From NCBI GenBank assembly GCA_013911135.1, contig JACERO010000070.1, forward strand, positions 15,263 through 79,262: a stretch of 64,000 nucleotides of DNA, given 5' to 3'. The position numbers and the translations under genes were made by a program. Below the pieces are notes generated by a model. The model made no database searches. It had not been told where the DNA came from and was given only the letters and a program-made list of their open reading frames with translations. The stretch is from Nitrosopumilus sp. Lineage in GTDB: Archaea; Thermoproteota; Nitrososphaeria; Nitrososphaerales; Nitrosopumilaceae. This document shows, piece after piece, positions 9,408 to 19,855 of this stretch; within the stretch, counting starts at the first letter, position 1, and each line of letters begins with the position of its first letter.

Positions 9408-10483
9408 ATGAGGTCTCAGAACATAATCAAGATTGTGAGACTAGTTTGGGTGTTAATGTCATTGATTTTATTCAGTATTCTTGGAATTCAAGAATCAGTT
9501 GCAGAACAAGCTTCAGGAAAATCAGCATGGGTGACAAACTCTGATAAAGTTTGTGGAGATAGACTTTGTTCTGAAATTCCTTATAATCAAAATGTAACAC
9601 TCAAGATAGAATCACCCAAAAAACAGATGCAAAGAGGAATCCTTGCAGTAGATGTCATGTGTAGAGAGGGTTTAGAATTGGTAATCAGAATAAATGGTTT
9701 TAGTGCATGTGTAAAACCAGAAACTGCTGAAAAGATGCAAAAAGCAGGTATATGCTATTTGTCCCTATAGAATTTACAAAGCCGAAAAAAAAGATTGAAA
9801 TAGTTCCTGCATCTAGCGTGTCAATAGTAAATTTCTACATTACAGATCATGATTTGAATTTGGCACATAGTGCAGTAGAAATAGTATCTATTGATGGATT
9901 ATTTGAGTTTACAATTAATGGGATTCCAATAGATGGTGTCTTGAAAACATGATAGAAACAGGACCAGATACAGGTAAATTTTATGTAAAATTAGTACTAC
10001 CAGAAACAATCAATGGAAATCCAAAGTCAAGATGATATTGTTTTGATAAGATACTTGGATGAATCTGATTTCTCTGGGGAAAGCAGAGTAATTGTGAAAT
10101 CAATTCCACTAACAAAGACATTTGCTAAAGTACAGACTTCTGGAGGAGGTTCAAGAATTGGTCATGAGTTTACAGTAAGACTTTACGAACCTGATGCAAA
10201 CAAAGATTTAAAAGATGAAGACAAAATTTTGTTAAGTGAAATGGAGTATAGAGGTGAAGGTGGAATTAGAACCACATTAGCTAATCCTGAATTTGATGCA
10301 AACAGAGGATATCTTGTAGAGACTGGTCCAAACACAAGTATGTTTGAAGTACAAATTAAAATTCCTCGTCAGATTGATGGTAAAACAATCCATATCGGAG
10401 ATTGGTATGAAATAAGATACATTGATGAATCTACGCCATCAAACACAAATGAAAAAATTATTCTCAAAGGTAAGATAGGATAA
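9408..10483 (+). pseudogene. Secreted or surface (S-layer-like repeat) protein broken by about three frameshifts (near 9750, 9945 and 10022)
   Basis: Signal peptide, KVCGDRLC and ACVKPETAEK motifs, then ITDHDLNL, IETGPDTGKF and LVETGPNTSMF segments spread over four successive frames (ORFs 9408, 9752, an unlisted piece, and 10013). Confidence 0.65.
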
Positions 10484-10557
10484 ATGGTTTTGATGGATCA
10501 GTTTTGTCAAGGTTTAGTATAACCTAAAGATTTTATTCAAACTAACTAACTATTGTT

Positions 10558-11394
10558 GTGCTCAATACCGTATACAAAGATGCCATCATTAACAGAGACA
10601 GGATGTTATCCATCCTTAAAGGCCCTAAATTTGAGCAAATTTTACAAAAAGCAAGGGAAAATTGGGTAGAATTTACGCCTACAAAAGAGGAGGTAGTCAC
10701 AGCAGGAATTGACAGTAGTTTTAACAATACAAAATTTCAAGGAATTGAGCTGTGGACAACAACAGCAGTTTCAGTCAAATCAGATGGAGAAATTCTAGTA
10801 GATTTACATGATTCGGGATTAGGTTCCGATACAGACCTTTCAAGAATTGCAAGTAAGATGGAAATTGATGCTTGTGAGAAAACTGTAGATTTGGTTGATT
10901 TAGTATTAATGGATGGTTCACTGCACTCTCAATTCATGACAAGACAATCAACTTTAGGTTCATGGGTTGTAAAGACAATGAAGAAAAGAAATAACGTGAT
11001 ATTCATTGCAAAGACATCAAACACAAAAAAACAATTTGAAAGTCTAGGTTCTCTTGCTGGAGATATTTTCTATTATAATCATGTAACAAATAATTCAGGA
11101 TTTAGTAAGATCTTTGTAGAAAAAAAATATGGCACTGATAAAGTTATTTCATCAACATTTGTAAGATTAAGCGACTCTACTCCAATAATCAAATTAGAAT
11201 TTCTAGGAGGACAACACGATGAAAGCGAGATTAAATCCATATTAAATAAATTATACAAAACTAGTGTGGGAGGATATCCATATGCACTAAAACTTGCACA
11301 TAATAACTGTAAAATATCAGATAAGGAACTTGCAAAAATGGTTAGTTTGTTAGGATTAAGTAATGAAATTGGGTCACGGGAGGTATTAGGTTGA
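10558..11394 (+). CDS. nurA: NurA 5'-3' nuclease
   Basis: AGIDSS, LMDGSL and GYPYAL..AH motifs; operon context. Confidence 0.9.
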   Translation: MLNTVYKDAIINRDRMLSILKGPKFEQILQKARENWVEFTPTKEEVVTAGIDSSFNNTKFQGIELWTTTAVSVKSDGEILVDLHDSGLGSDTDLSRIASKMEIDACEKTVDLVDLVLMDGSLHSQFMTRQSTLGSWVVKTMKKRNNVIFIAKTSNTKKQFESLGSLAGDIFYYNHVTNNSGFSKIFVEKKYGTDKVISSTFVRLSDSTPIIKLEFLGGQHDESEIKSILNKLYKTSVGGYPYALKLAHNNCKISDKELAKMVSLLGLSNEIGSREVLG

Positions 11395-12923
11395 GTTTAG
11401 GTTTTGTTGTAGGTGAATCAAAACCCACATTTGTAACAGCAATTACTTCAAGAGTTCTATCGGTAGGTGAATATATCAAAATAGGTTCAGACGAGGGAGA
11501 AATTCTGGGATTAGTTGAAAGATCTTCTGTATCAAGTGCTGCCTTTACTGACGTCAGAAATTTTGATGAAGCAGAAGAAAGTACAGAGATTGCAGAACTT
11601 AACAAGAGAGACAAAACATTTACTGCACATATTGGGATTTTAGGATTTTTAGAAAATTTGAGAAAAGGGCAATCAATTATTCCTGCAATTCCACCAATTC
11701 CAGGCACAGAAATATCTCAACCAAGTAAACAAGACCTAGAAGAAATTTTCAGTCCAAAAAATGAAGGATGGGTAAAGATTGGAAATCTTTTACGAAACAA
11801 AACAATTGATGCCAAAATAAATTTGGATAAGATTGTTTCAAGACATCTAGGAATATTAGCAATGACAGGAATGGGTAAAAGTAATCTTGTATCATTAGTT
11901 ACAAAACAAATTTCAAAATTAAAAGGAACTGTAATAATTTTTGACTATCACAACGATTACACAGGTCTCAACATCCCACGTATCAATGTAATTGATGCAA
12001 AAATAAACCCTAGATTATTAGATGCAGACCAACTCTCAGAGGTATTAGAGATTAAAGATAATGCTACTGTTCAGCAACGAGTTTTAAGAATGGCATTTAC
12101 AAAACAAGTTAGAGACGCAAAAGAGTTTTGGATAAAATTAGAAAATGAGGTTGAGTTTATTGTAAATTCTGAAGAAAAAAAAATAAAAGAAATTCGATCC
12201 TCTGCATATAGAGTTCAAGACATCATAGAAGAAGTTCAAAAAAGATTTGAAGATATTTTAGATCCAGACATGGGAGATCCAATTAGTTTCATCAAAGAAG
12301 GTTGTGCAAATGTTCTTAATATTTCAGAATTATCTGAAAAACAAGCCAATGTTGCTCTAGCATTTTACTTGCAACAGTTACTCAAAGATAGAAAAGATGC
12401 AAGTATTGCAAGACACGGAAAAAGTAAAAGAGATAGAAATTATCAATTCAATTCACCTATTTTTGTAATAATAGAAGAAGCACATGTATTCATTCCAAAA
12501 GATCATGACACTAGTGCAAAGTATTGGGCTGCAAAAATTGCAAGAGAGGGAAGGAAATTCGGATTGGGTTTAGGAATTGTATCTCAGAGACCACGAAGTG
12601 TAGATCTAAATGTTCTCAGCCAGATGGGATCATTTGCCATAATGAAGATTATTCAGGAAGATGACCAACGTCAAATAGCCTCAGCCACAGAATCCACTAG
12701 TCGTGAATTGATATCTCAATTGACCTCACTTAATGTAGGAGATGCAGTTCTTGTGGGACAATGGACAAATCTACCGTCAATGGTACACGTTGAGGAAGTA
12801 AAAGAGAAAATTATGGGTGCAGATCAAAGTGCAATTAATGCTTGGGCAAAGGCAGATAAGATGAAAGAAATTGCAGTAGAATCAACACAAGGACTTGTTC
12901 AGAAAGATTTGTTGTTAGACTAA
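11391..12923 (+). CDS. herA: HerA bipolar DNA helicase/translocase
   Basis: N-terminal HAS barrel, RHLGILAMTGMGKS, IEEAH and REGRKFGLG..SQRP. Confidence 0.93.
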   Translation: MSLGFVVGESKPTFVTAITSRVLSVGEYIKIGSDEGEILGLVERSSVSSAAFTDVRNFDEAEESTEIAELNKRDKTFTAHIGILGFLENLRKGQSIIPAIPPIPGTEISQPSKQDLEEIFSPKNEGWVKIGNLLRNKTIDAKINLDKIVSRHLGILAMTGMGKSNLVSLVTKQISKLKGTVIIFDYHNDYTGLNIPRINVIDAKINPRLLDADQLSEVLEIKDNATVQQRVLRMAFTKQVRDAKEFWIKLENEVEFIVNSEEKKIKEIRSSAYRVQDIIEEVQKRFEDILDPDMGDPISFIKEGCANVLNISELSEKQANVALAFYLQQLLKDRKDASIARHGKSKRDRNYQFNSPIFVIIEEAHVFIPKDHDTSAKYWAAKIAREGRKFGLGLGIVSQRPRSVDLNVLSQMGSFAIMKIIQEDDQRQIASATESTSRELISQLTSLNVGDAVLVGQWTNLPSMVHVEEVKEKIMGADQSAINAWAKADKMKEIAVESTQGLVQKDLLLD

Positions 12924-14065
12924 TGTTATTTTCTCATATTTCAGACACACATTTAGGATTACTACAGTATGGATCAGAGGAACGTGCACAAGATGTGTAT
13001 GATGTGTTTAATCAATCAATTGATATTTCAATAAAAGATCATGTTGATTTTGTAATTTTTGCTGGAGATATTTTTCATGTGCCTAATCCAAATGGTACAG
13101 CTATAATTCAAATGGCAAATGGATTAAAGCAGTTAAAACAAAATAGTATTGATTCATTTTTTATTTTAGGAGAACATGATATTAGTAGAATTAGAACTAC
13201 ACCAATTCCATATGTATATCATAATTTAGAATTTTCAAAATATATTGGTCAAGGTAAGCCAATCGAATACAAAGAAATACTTCTTGCAGGATTTGATAAA
13301 ATTAGAAAAGCAGAAATTACAAAATATGAAGAAAAATTTGCAGAGGTGGACAAGTTTTCAGAAAATTTTTCGGGACATAAAATTTTAGTTTTACATCAAG
13401 GAATTACAGAATTCAACAAGTTTGCAGGAGAGATACAATCCACTGACTTGCCAAAAAACTTCACATATTATGCTATGGGACATCTTCATGATAAAGATGT
13501 AAAACAATTTAATCATCTAAATGGACCAATCGCTTATCCTGGTTCTATCGAATCAACAACTAGTGAAGGAATTAAAGAAACAAAAAAAGGATTCTTTGAA
13601 GTAGATATTTCTGGCAAAGATGCAAATCCAAATTGGATTCAATTAGATACAAGACCTCAATTTTCATTCAAAACAGAATACCAAGAATTATCAAAAACAA
13701 TTGACGAGATTTCTGAGAAAATAGTCAATTCTAGAAAAAAACCAATTGTAGAGGTAAAAATACATGGAGAAAATATTGAAACAGACCATATTCAGGCACA
13801 AATTGCCAAGCTAAATTCTCTAGTACTTAGATGTTTTTGGAGAATAACTACAAAACAAATTTCTGATTCATCTGTGTTCTTAGATAGACCAAATGTCATT
13901 GATGATGAAATGTTCAGACTATCAGTGGATGCCTTGGGTTCTGAACAAGCTGCAAGTTTTGCAATAAAGGAATTACTTCCTATTTTAGCATCTGGAGAAA
14001 TCAAAGAGGCATCTCAAATAATTATTGAAAATTTTGAGAAATACAAAAAGGAGAAAAAACAATGA
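12923..14065 (+). CDS. mre11: Mre11 nuclease
   Basis: HISDTHLG, FAGDIFH, GEHD, LHQG and GHLH phosphoesterase motifs; YPGS. Confidence 0.92.
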   Translation: MLFSHISDTHLGLLQYGSEERAQDVYDVFNQSIDISIKDHVDFVIFAGDIFHVPNPNGTAIIQMANGLKQLKQNSIDSFFILGEHDISRIRTTPIPYVYHNLEFSKYIGQGKPIEYKEILLAGFDKIRKAEITKYEEKFAEVDKFSENFSGHKILVLHQGITEFNKFAGEIQSTDLPKNFTYYAMGHLHDKDVKQFNHLNGPIAYPGSIESTTSEGIKETKKGFFEVDISGKDANPNWIQLDTRPQFSFKTEYQELSKTIDEISEKIVNSRKKPIVEVKIHGENIETDHIQAQIAKLNSLVLRCFWRITTKQISDSSVFLDRPNVIDDEMFRLSVDALGSEQAASFAIKELLPILASGEIKEASQIIIENFEKYKKEKKQ

Positions 14066-16140
14066 TTACATCAATAGAGCTTGGAGATTTTCTAGCACAT
14101 TCAGATACAAAATTAGAATTTGAAAATGGAGTCACAGTTTTCGTAGGAGATAATGGTGTAGGAAAATCAAGTATGATTGATGCAATAACATTTGCACTAT
14201 TTGGACAACATACAAGAAAATCAAACAAAAGTTTGATCAAACATGGTTCAAATCAAGGATTTGCAAAAATAGGATTTTCAATTAATAGTAAACAATACGA
14301 AGCAATAAGAAAAATAGATAACAAAGGAAGTCTTGCTGCAAAATTTTCTGAAATAATTGGAGATGATCGTGTTGAACTTGCAGCAGGTGAAAGAAAACAA
14401 TTTGGTGAATCAATGACTCATGAGATTGAAAAAACCATCGGTCTTAATTTTGAAAAATTAAAGATAGTATCAATAGTTCAACAAGGAGAATTAAATGCAA
14501 TCATTAATGCAAAACCGAAAGAATTCAAAGAATTACTTAATGCAATTATAGGAATTGACAAGCTTGATGTTGCATCAGAATCAATGAAGACTGTAAACAA
14601 AGAATTCCGTGAAAAAATAAGAGAGAAAATTGGATATGACGATACACATATTGAAAAATTATCACAAGATTTGGAAACATACCAAAAGGAAATCAAAGAA
14701 GATAAACCTAAAAAAAACCAATTAGAGACAAAACAAGAAAAATTACATAATAAAGTTGATGATTTAAGAAAAAAAGTAGAAACTGAAGCCCCAAAAATAG
14801 ACAAAATCAATCAACTGGAATTAAGAAAAAAAGAGCTATTAGAATATGCAAAAGAAGCAATCCATGAAATTCAGCATGGAATTAATGAAAATGAGAGTAA
14901 AATACGTGATTGCAAAGGCTGTTTTGAGCATGCAGGTCTGAAAGAGGATTTAGAGTCTAAAATACAAAAAGTGGAGCAAGCAATAGAAGATACTTTAAAG
15001 AAAATCCAAGAGCTAACAAACCAAACTGCATCCTTAAAAGAGAAACAATTGTTAGCATCAAAACTCCAACTAAAAGACAACAAATGTCCAGTATGTGATT
15101 CACATGTTGAAAAATTAAATCCACTTTTCCAAGAAGAACATCTCAAACAAGAATTGATATCAATAAAAGAAGAAATTATTTCAAAAGAAAAAGAAAGAGA
15201 CATCTATAATCAAAAAAGAAAAGAATTTTCAGAGAAATTACAAAATGCAAGAGATGCAGAAGCAACACTTAGAGCTTATTCAATTAACAATAAAGAAGAA
15301 TTAATGAAAATCCAAGAAGACGTAGAGATAAAGAGACAAAATATACAAAAAATTCCTTTATCTTCTAATGGAAATTTGTTAAAAATATCACAAATAGATT
15401 CGCATGCAAAAATGATTTTTCAAAATATTTCAAAATTAGAAACTGAGACTAGGGGATTTAATGAACAAGAATTTACAAATCTTAAAAAATTAGTAAATGA
15501 AAAACAAATGAATCTATCTCAAATAGACCAACAAATTGGTGCAATTTCAGAAAAAATTTCTAAAGGAGAAAACCAAATCAATATAATTCAAAATGTAATT
15601 TCAGAACTAAATGTTGTAAAAGAATATGTAACAAATCTTAATGAAATTCAAACTAGTGTGTTTAGTAGAGATGGACCTGTTGCAACAAGTCTAAGATCAT
15701 GGGCACTAAATACAATATCTGCTAAAGCGTCAGAATATCTTTCATTACTTAATACAAAAATTCAGAGGATTTTATTATCAGAAAAAACAAGAGATGTTTC
15801 CATTACTTGTTATTCAAAAAATGAAATATTAGAATTGGAATCTCTTAGTGGAGGAGAGAAGGTAAGTGTAGCATTGGCCCTACGATTAGGCATGGCAAGC
15901 CTTCTAGGAGCATCAAATCTTAATCTAATGATACTTGATGAGCCTACAACACATCTTGATGCTGAGAGAAAAAAATCTCTAGTAGGAGTATTGTCTCAGT
16001 TATCAAATATTTCAAATTCAGAAACACCAATGCAATTTCTAATAATTACACATGATGCAGAAATATTTGAGGATTCAACTGTGGAAAGAATTTACAAATT
16101 TGAATCATCTGAACAAGGAAGTAAAGTTACTGCACTTTAA
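14062..16140 (+). CDS. rad50: Rad50 ATPase
   Basis: GDNGVGKSS, Q-loop VQQGE, coiled coil with CPVC zinc hook, LSGGE, ILDEPT and IITHD. Confidence 0.93.
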   Translation: MITSIELGDFLAHSDTKLEFENGVTVFVGDNGVGKSSMIDAITFALFGQHTRKSNKSLIKHGSNQGFAKIGFSINSKQYEAIRKIDNKGSLAAKFSEIIGDDRVELAAGERKQFGESMTHEIEKTIGLNFEKLKIVSIVQQGELNAIINAKPKEFKELLNAIIGIDKLDVASESMKTVNKEFREKIREKIGYDDTHIEKLSQDLETYQKEIKEDKPKKNQLETKQEKLHNKVDDLRKKVETEAPKIDKINQLELRKKELLEYAKEAIHEIQHGINENESKIRDCKGCFEHAGLKEDLESKIQKVEQAIEDTLKKIQELTNQTASLKEKQLLASKLQLKDNKCPVCDSHVEKLNPLFQEEHLKQELISIKEEIISKEKERDIYNQKRKEFSEKLQNARDAEATLRAYSINNKEELMKIQEDVEIKRQNIQKIPLSSNGNLLKISQIDSHAKMIFQNISKLETETRGFNEQEFTNLKKLVNEKQMNLSQIDQQIGAISEKISKGENQINIIQNVISELNVVKEYVTNLNEIQTSVFSRDGPVATSLRSWALNTISAKASEYLSLLNTKIQRILLSEKTRDVSITCYSKNEILELESLSGGEKVSVALALRLGMASLLGASNLNLMILDEPTTHLDAERKKSLVGVLSQLSNISNSETPMQFLIITHDAEIFEDSTVERIYKFESSEQGSKVTAL

Positions 16141-16919
16141 CTAACATTAACAATTCCGACCATCCAAGGATGAACCATACAAAAGTAATCAAAAGTTCCT
16201 ACATCATTGAATGTAAATTCAAAAGTATCACCAGACATGAATATGCCAGAATCAAATAATTCATCAATTCCACTTACAGGATGTCCACTAGTTACAGTAT
16301 GTACAGCACTATCATCATTACTCCAAGTCACTGTTGCACCTGCTGTTACAGTAACTTCATAAGGCAAATAACATTCTATAGTTTCTTCATATCCTGGGAC
16401 TCCAACACCTGCAGGAATTGAAATAGTTGTGACCATTGGTAATGTTTCTGGTTCAGGTTCTACTTCTGGTTCTACTTCTGGTTCAGGGACAACAGTCATG
16501 GTAGTTACAATTCCCTTTGGTTCAGATATATCATCACCATGACCTAAACCTTGTAAAGTAATTTGAATTTCAAGCGGAGATTCATCTAGTATAGTAGTTT
16601 CATGAATTGGATGTTTTCCAGGATGTCTATGAGAACCAGGTTCTGAGAGAATTGTATTCCCATCTTGTGTTACAGATATATCATAATTCACATGATCAAC
16701 AATATTCTTATCATCATCTCTAAATTCAACTTCAATAAGTAAAACATCACCTACAGTTGCAGTTTTAGGCATAATGTAGGAATTAACAGAAATTTGTTCA
16801 ATAGGAATTATTCGGGGTTGGATAATATCATCTGGAGATGTTGCAATCAGTCCTAAAATTCCTGCAGCAAGAACACCAACAATAATTATTACACCATATG
16901 CAAAATTCATCTTATCCAC
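16137..16919 (-). CDS. Membrane-anchored type-1 (blue) copper cupredoxin/plastocyanin-like protein
   Basis: N-terminal TM helix, PEVE linker, and C-terminal WSNDDSAVHTVTSG...YFCMVHPWM carrying the His-Cys-His-Met ligands. Confidence 0.88.
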   Translation of the reverse strand: MDKMNFAYGVIIIVGVLAAGILGLIATSPDDIIQPRIIPIEQISVNSYIMPKTATVGDVLLIEVEFRDDDKNIVDHVNYDISVTQDGNTILSEPGSHRHPGKHPIHETTILDESPLEIQITLQGLGHGDDISEPKGIVTTMTVVPEPEVEPEVEPEPETLPMVTTISIPAGVGVPGYEETIECYLPYEVTVTAGATVTWSNDDSAVHTVTSGHPVSGIDELFDSGIFMSGDTFEFTFNDVGTFDYFCMVHPWMVGIVNVS

Positions 16920-17397
16920 CTGTTAATTTTGCAAACTTTTCGTTCTTACTTAACTTTTCCATAAATTGAATATTAGATAATGCAATAATTGCAGATTCAA
17001 CTACCGATTTATCAGGATCATTTAATGCCTTTTCCAGAGTTTCTTTTGCGCTTTTGGAGCTGACAACACCCAAAGCAATGGCTGCTTCATGTCGTACAAA
17101 CATACTTGGATCATTGAGCGTTGCATCATTTAGTGGAGGTATAGCACTAGAGTAACACATCTGACCTAATGAAAACGCAGCTTCATGACGCACCAATTCA
17201 TTTTCATCGTTTTTTAAAACTTTGGCAATATAGGGAATTTTATCCTCTCCACCAAAATCAAGCAAAATACAGGTGGCTCTTGTTCTAACTACATAATCAG
17301 GATGTTCTAAAAGAGAAACAAAATACTCTGTATCTTTTTGTTCATATTTTGACTCCATTTCAACAAAAAGTGATAATCTATCATCAGTTACTAGCAA
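16912..17397 (-). CDS. HEAT/PBS-lyase repeat protein with two His-Glu motifs (resembles half of deoxyhypusine hydroxylase)
   Basis: LVRHEAAFSLGQM and FVRHEAAIALG repeats 32 aa apart. Confidence 0.75.
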   Translation of the reverse strand: MLVTDDRLSLFVEMESKYEQKDTEYFVSLLEHPDYVVRTRATCILLDFGGEDKIPYIAKVLKNDENELVRHEAAFSLGQMCYSSAIPPLNDATLNDPSMFVRHEAAIALGVVSSKSAKETLEKALNDPDKSVVESAIIALSNIQFMEKLSKNEKFAKLTGG

Positions 17398-17483
17398 TTT
17401 GTTTTGAGATTTTTTGTGTCCTATATTAGGTTACTTGAGAAAAAAGCTAAAACTAGATAGTTGTGGAGATTTTAATAATTGAA

Positions 17484-18460
17484 TTAAGTAACTTGGATTA
17501 TTCCTGTTTCCACAAGATGCTGTATTGCATTAACTAATTTAGTATCAGAAGTTAGACCATTTGCCCACCAACCCATATTTTGACGAACCCAATCTGGAGT
17601 GGTATTTTCATTACCACCTGTTGTACTTTTAGATAGGTTTGGAAATCAATAATTTTCTCATTAATCAAAAATTCAACTCCATCTACAAATTCAGAATCTC
17701 CAATTAGACCATCAGACCACCAATAAGCAACATTTTTGAAAAATTCAGGAATTTGAATTTTATTTAGTAGAAAATTTACTTGGCCAAAATCTTTTCCCTC
17801 ATAAGAGGCGATGATACTAAATGTTCCAGATTTCCAACTCTCTTCAATACTAACATGTGCTTTAAAATCACCAGTAGATTTTCCGGTTATACTAACATCA
17901 GTAATCAGTCCATCAGGATGAATAATTTTTAAGGAAATTAGATCTCCTTTCTGATAATTTTTGATATTACCATTTATCTCAACAGTTGATTTCTTATTAC
18001 CCGAAAGAGTAATTTCTTCATTATCAATTTCTAAACTTCCTATGTTTGCAAAGATTGGAATGTTTGTAGTAGGAACTGAAGTGATCAAAAATGATGCAGA
18101 ACCAATTTCGTTATTAAGAAAAGTTCCTGAAAGTTGATAATTTCCCGATAACCAATTAGAATCAAGAATTAGTGGAATGGAGAAAATTCCTTCATTATTT
18201 GCTTGAGTTTTGATTTCTATGGAAGTATTATCAGGTTTTATGAGTTCTAAAATTATTTTTTGGCCTGAATGGTAATCTATTACATTTCCTGAAATCTGAA
18301 TAATTGTAGACTCAAATTCGGAAATAGAAACTATATCTTTGTCTATATTTAGAGAACCGTATTCTGTTGAGCTGCCAGATAAAGCAAAAGAAGATAAACT
18401 TGAACCAGTAATCACCATCACTAAGATTAATGTAAAAATTATGACGGATTTATCATTCAT
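17484..18460 (-). pseudogene. Secreted protein with two C-terminal WWxxG repeats; frameshifted near 17645
   Basis: Signal peptide, two similar beta-rich modules and IPEFFKNVAYWWSDGLIGDSEF. After the shift the frame continues PDWVRQNMGWWANGLTSDTKLVNAIQHLVETGIIQVT* to 17484. Confidence 0.7.
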
Positions 18461-18579
18461 ACTCTAATAACAGTATCTTGGAATAATTAAAGAGTTTAGA
18501 AAATAAACTATAATGAAAACTATGAAATATTTTTGTCAATATCTGCCCCACAATGTATGCAGAAATATGACCGCGAGGT

Positions 18580-19278
18580 ATGTATTTAATAGAAAAAATA
18601 CGAGAATGTTTTATGAGTGCAGTAATAGGTGAAAAGGCACCAAATTTTGGAGTTTCAGAATGGATACAAGGTGCTCCAACTAATTTTGATCAAGAAAAAG
18701 ATCATGTAGTTTTATTGGAAGTCTTTCAAGTTAATTGTCCTGGCTGTTTCATGCATGCAATTCCTGAGGCAATTAACATCTACAACAAATACAAAGATGA
18801 TGGAGTTCGAGTTTTAGGTCTTGCCACTGCTTTTGAAGATTTTGATAAAAATACACTAGATAATTTGAAAATGCTTGCAGAAACAGGTGAAGTAATAGAA
18901 GAAACAAAGAGTGCACTTTCAATGAATGGTAAATTACAAGAGGGAAATAAGTTACATTACAAGATTCCATTTCCATTAGGAATGGATAATCTAACAAAGG
19001 CCACAGAAGAAATTAGTCAAGAAAAAATTATGCAATTTATCTATCCACAGATTCCTGAATTTGATTCACAGCCAGAGGACTACAGAAATCAAATTATTCA
19101 AAAAGTGAAAAGTTACATGAAATCAAAAGAATATTCAGCTGAGACATTTGAAAAATTTTCTCTACAGGGTACACCATCAGCCATTTTAGTGGATAGAAAA
19201 GGAATTCTAAGAGATGTATCATTTGGACAATCAGGACATGTGGACGCGATGATTCAAAAATTACTTAACGAAGATTAA
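18580..19278 (+). CDS. Thioredoxin-fold redoxin (TlpA/peroxiredoxin-like); probable start at 18613
   Basis: IGEKAPNF, FQVNCPGC (CxxC) and GTPSAILVDRKG. Confidence 0.8.
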   Translation: MYLIEKIRECFMSAVIGEKAPNFGVSEWIQGAPTNFDQEKDHVVLLEVFQVNCPGCFMHAIPEAINIYNKYKDDGVRVLGLATAFEDFDKNTLDNLKMLAETGEVIEETKSALSMNGKLQEGNKLHYKIPFPLGMDNLTKATEEISQEKIMQFIYPQIPEFDSQPEDYRNQIIQKVKSYMKSKEYSAETFEKFSLQGTPSAILVDRKGILRDVSFGQSGHVDAMIQKLLNED

Positions 19279-19293
19279 ATCATTCAGTTTTTG

Positions 19294-19854
19294 TTATTTC
19301 TTTTTTTTTATTTTCATTACTACATACACTGTAATAACAACCAAAGACCCAGCCAAGGCCCACCAACCGAAAGAATCATCGAATGTTTCTCCTTTTTGTA
19401 GTGCTTCTCTAACAAAATCAGGTTCTTTTAATTCTATTTCATCTCTTTCAGTCAAACCATCAAGATAAGTAGTTCCAAAAAGTTCTAATTTATTATTTCC
19501 AGAACCTGTAAAATTTAATGTTACAAAAGAAATTTTGTCATTAGATTTTATTTCAGGAAAAAATTCTTGATCATTAAGATAAAATGTAAAATTTCCTCCC
19601 AAAAGATTTTGAGGGATAATAATTTCACCTAAATTATTTTCCAATCCGCTATTAATGTAAAGTGTTAATCTTTTCTTATCCTTATCAAAATCAAAACCCT
19701 GGATGTCAAAATTAGCGACAGTATTAATTTCAAATGTATAACCACTTGTTTCAACGTCAAGACGATTAACCAGTCCAGTAGCATCAGAAAGTGCACCAAA
19801 TGCAGGTGTAACTATTAAAAGTAAAAGTATTGGAATGAATAGAAATATTTTCAA
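19294..19854 (-). CDS. Conserved hypothetical surface protein (signal peptide plus C-terminal TM and basic tail)
   Basis: TPAFG signal end, GEIIIPQNLLGGNFTFYLND domain and C-terminal WWALAGSLVVITVYVVMKIKKKK. Confidence 0.65.
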   Translation of the reverse strand: MKIFLFIPILLLLIVTPAFGALSDATGLVNRLDVETSGYTFEINTVANFDIQGFDFDKDKKRLTLYINSGLENNLGEIIIPQNLLGGNFTFYLNDQEFFPEIKSNDKISFVTLNFTGSGNNKLELFGTTYLDGLTERDEIELKEPDFVREALQKGETFDDSFGWWALAGSLVVITVYVVMKIKKKK

Positions 19855-19855
19855 T

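Noticed and set aside
10558-16140. HerA-NurA-Mre11-Rad50 as a novel defence system (HerA/SMC-like)
   Set aside because: This is the standard archaeal DNA-end resection operon with all four canonical partners.
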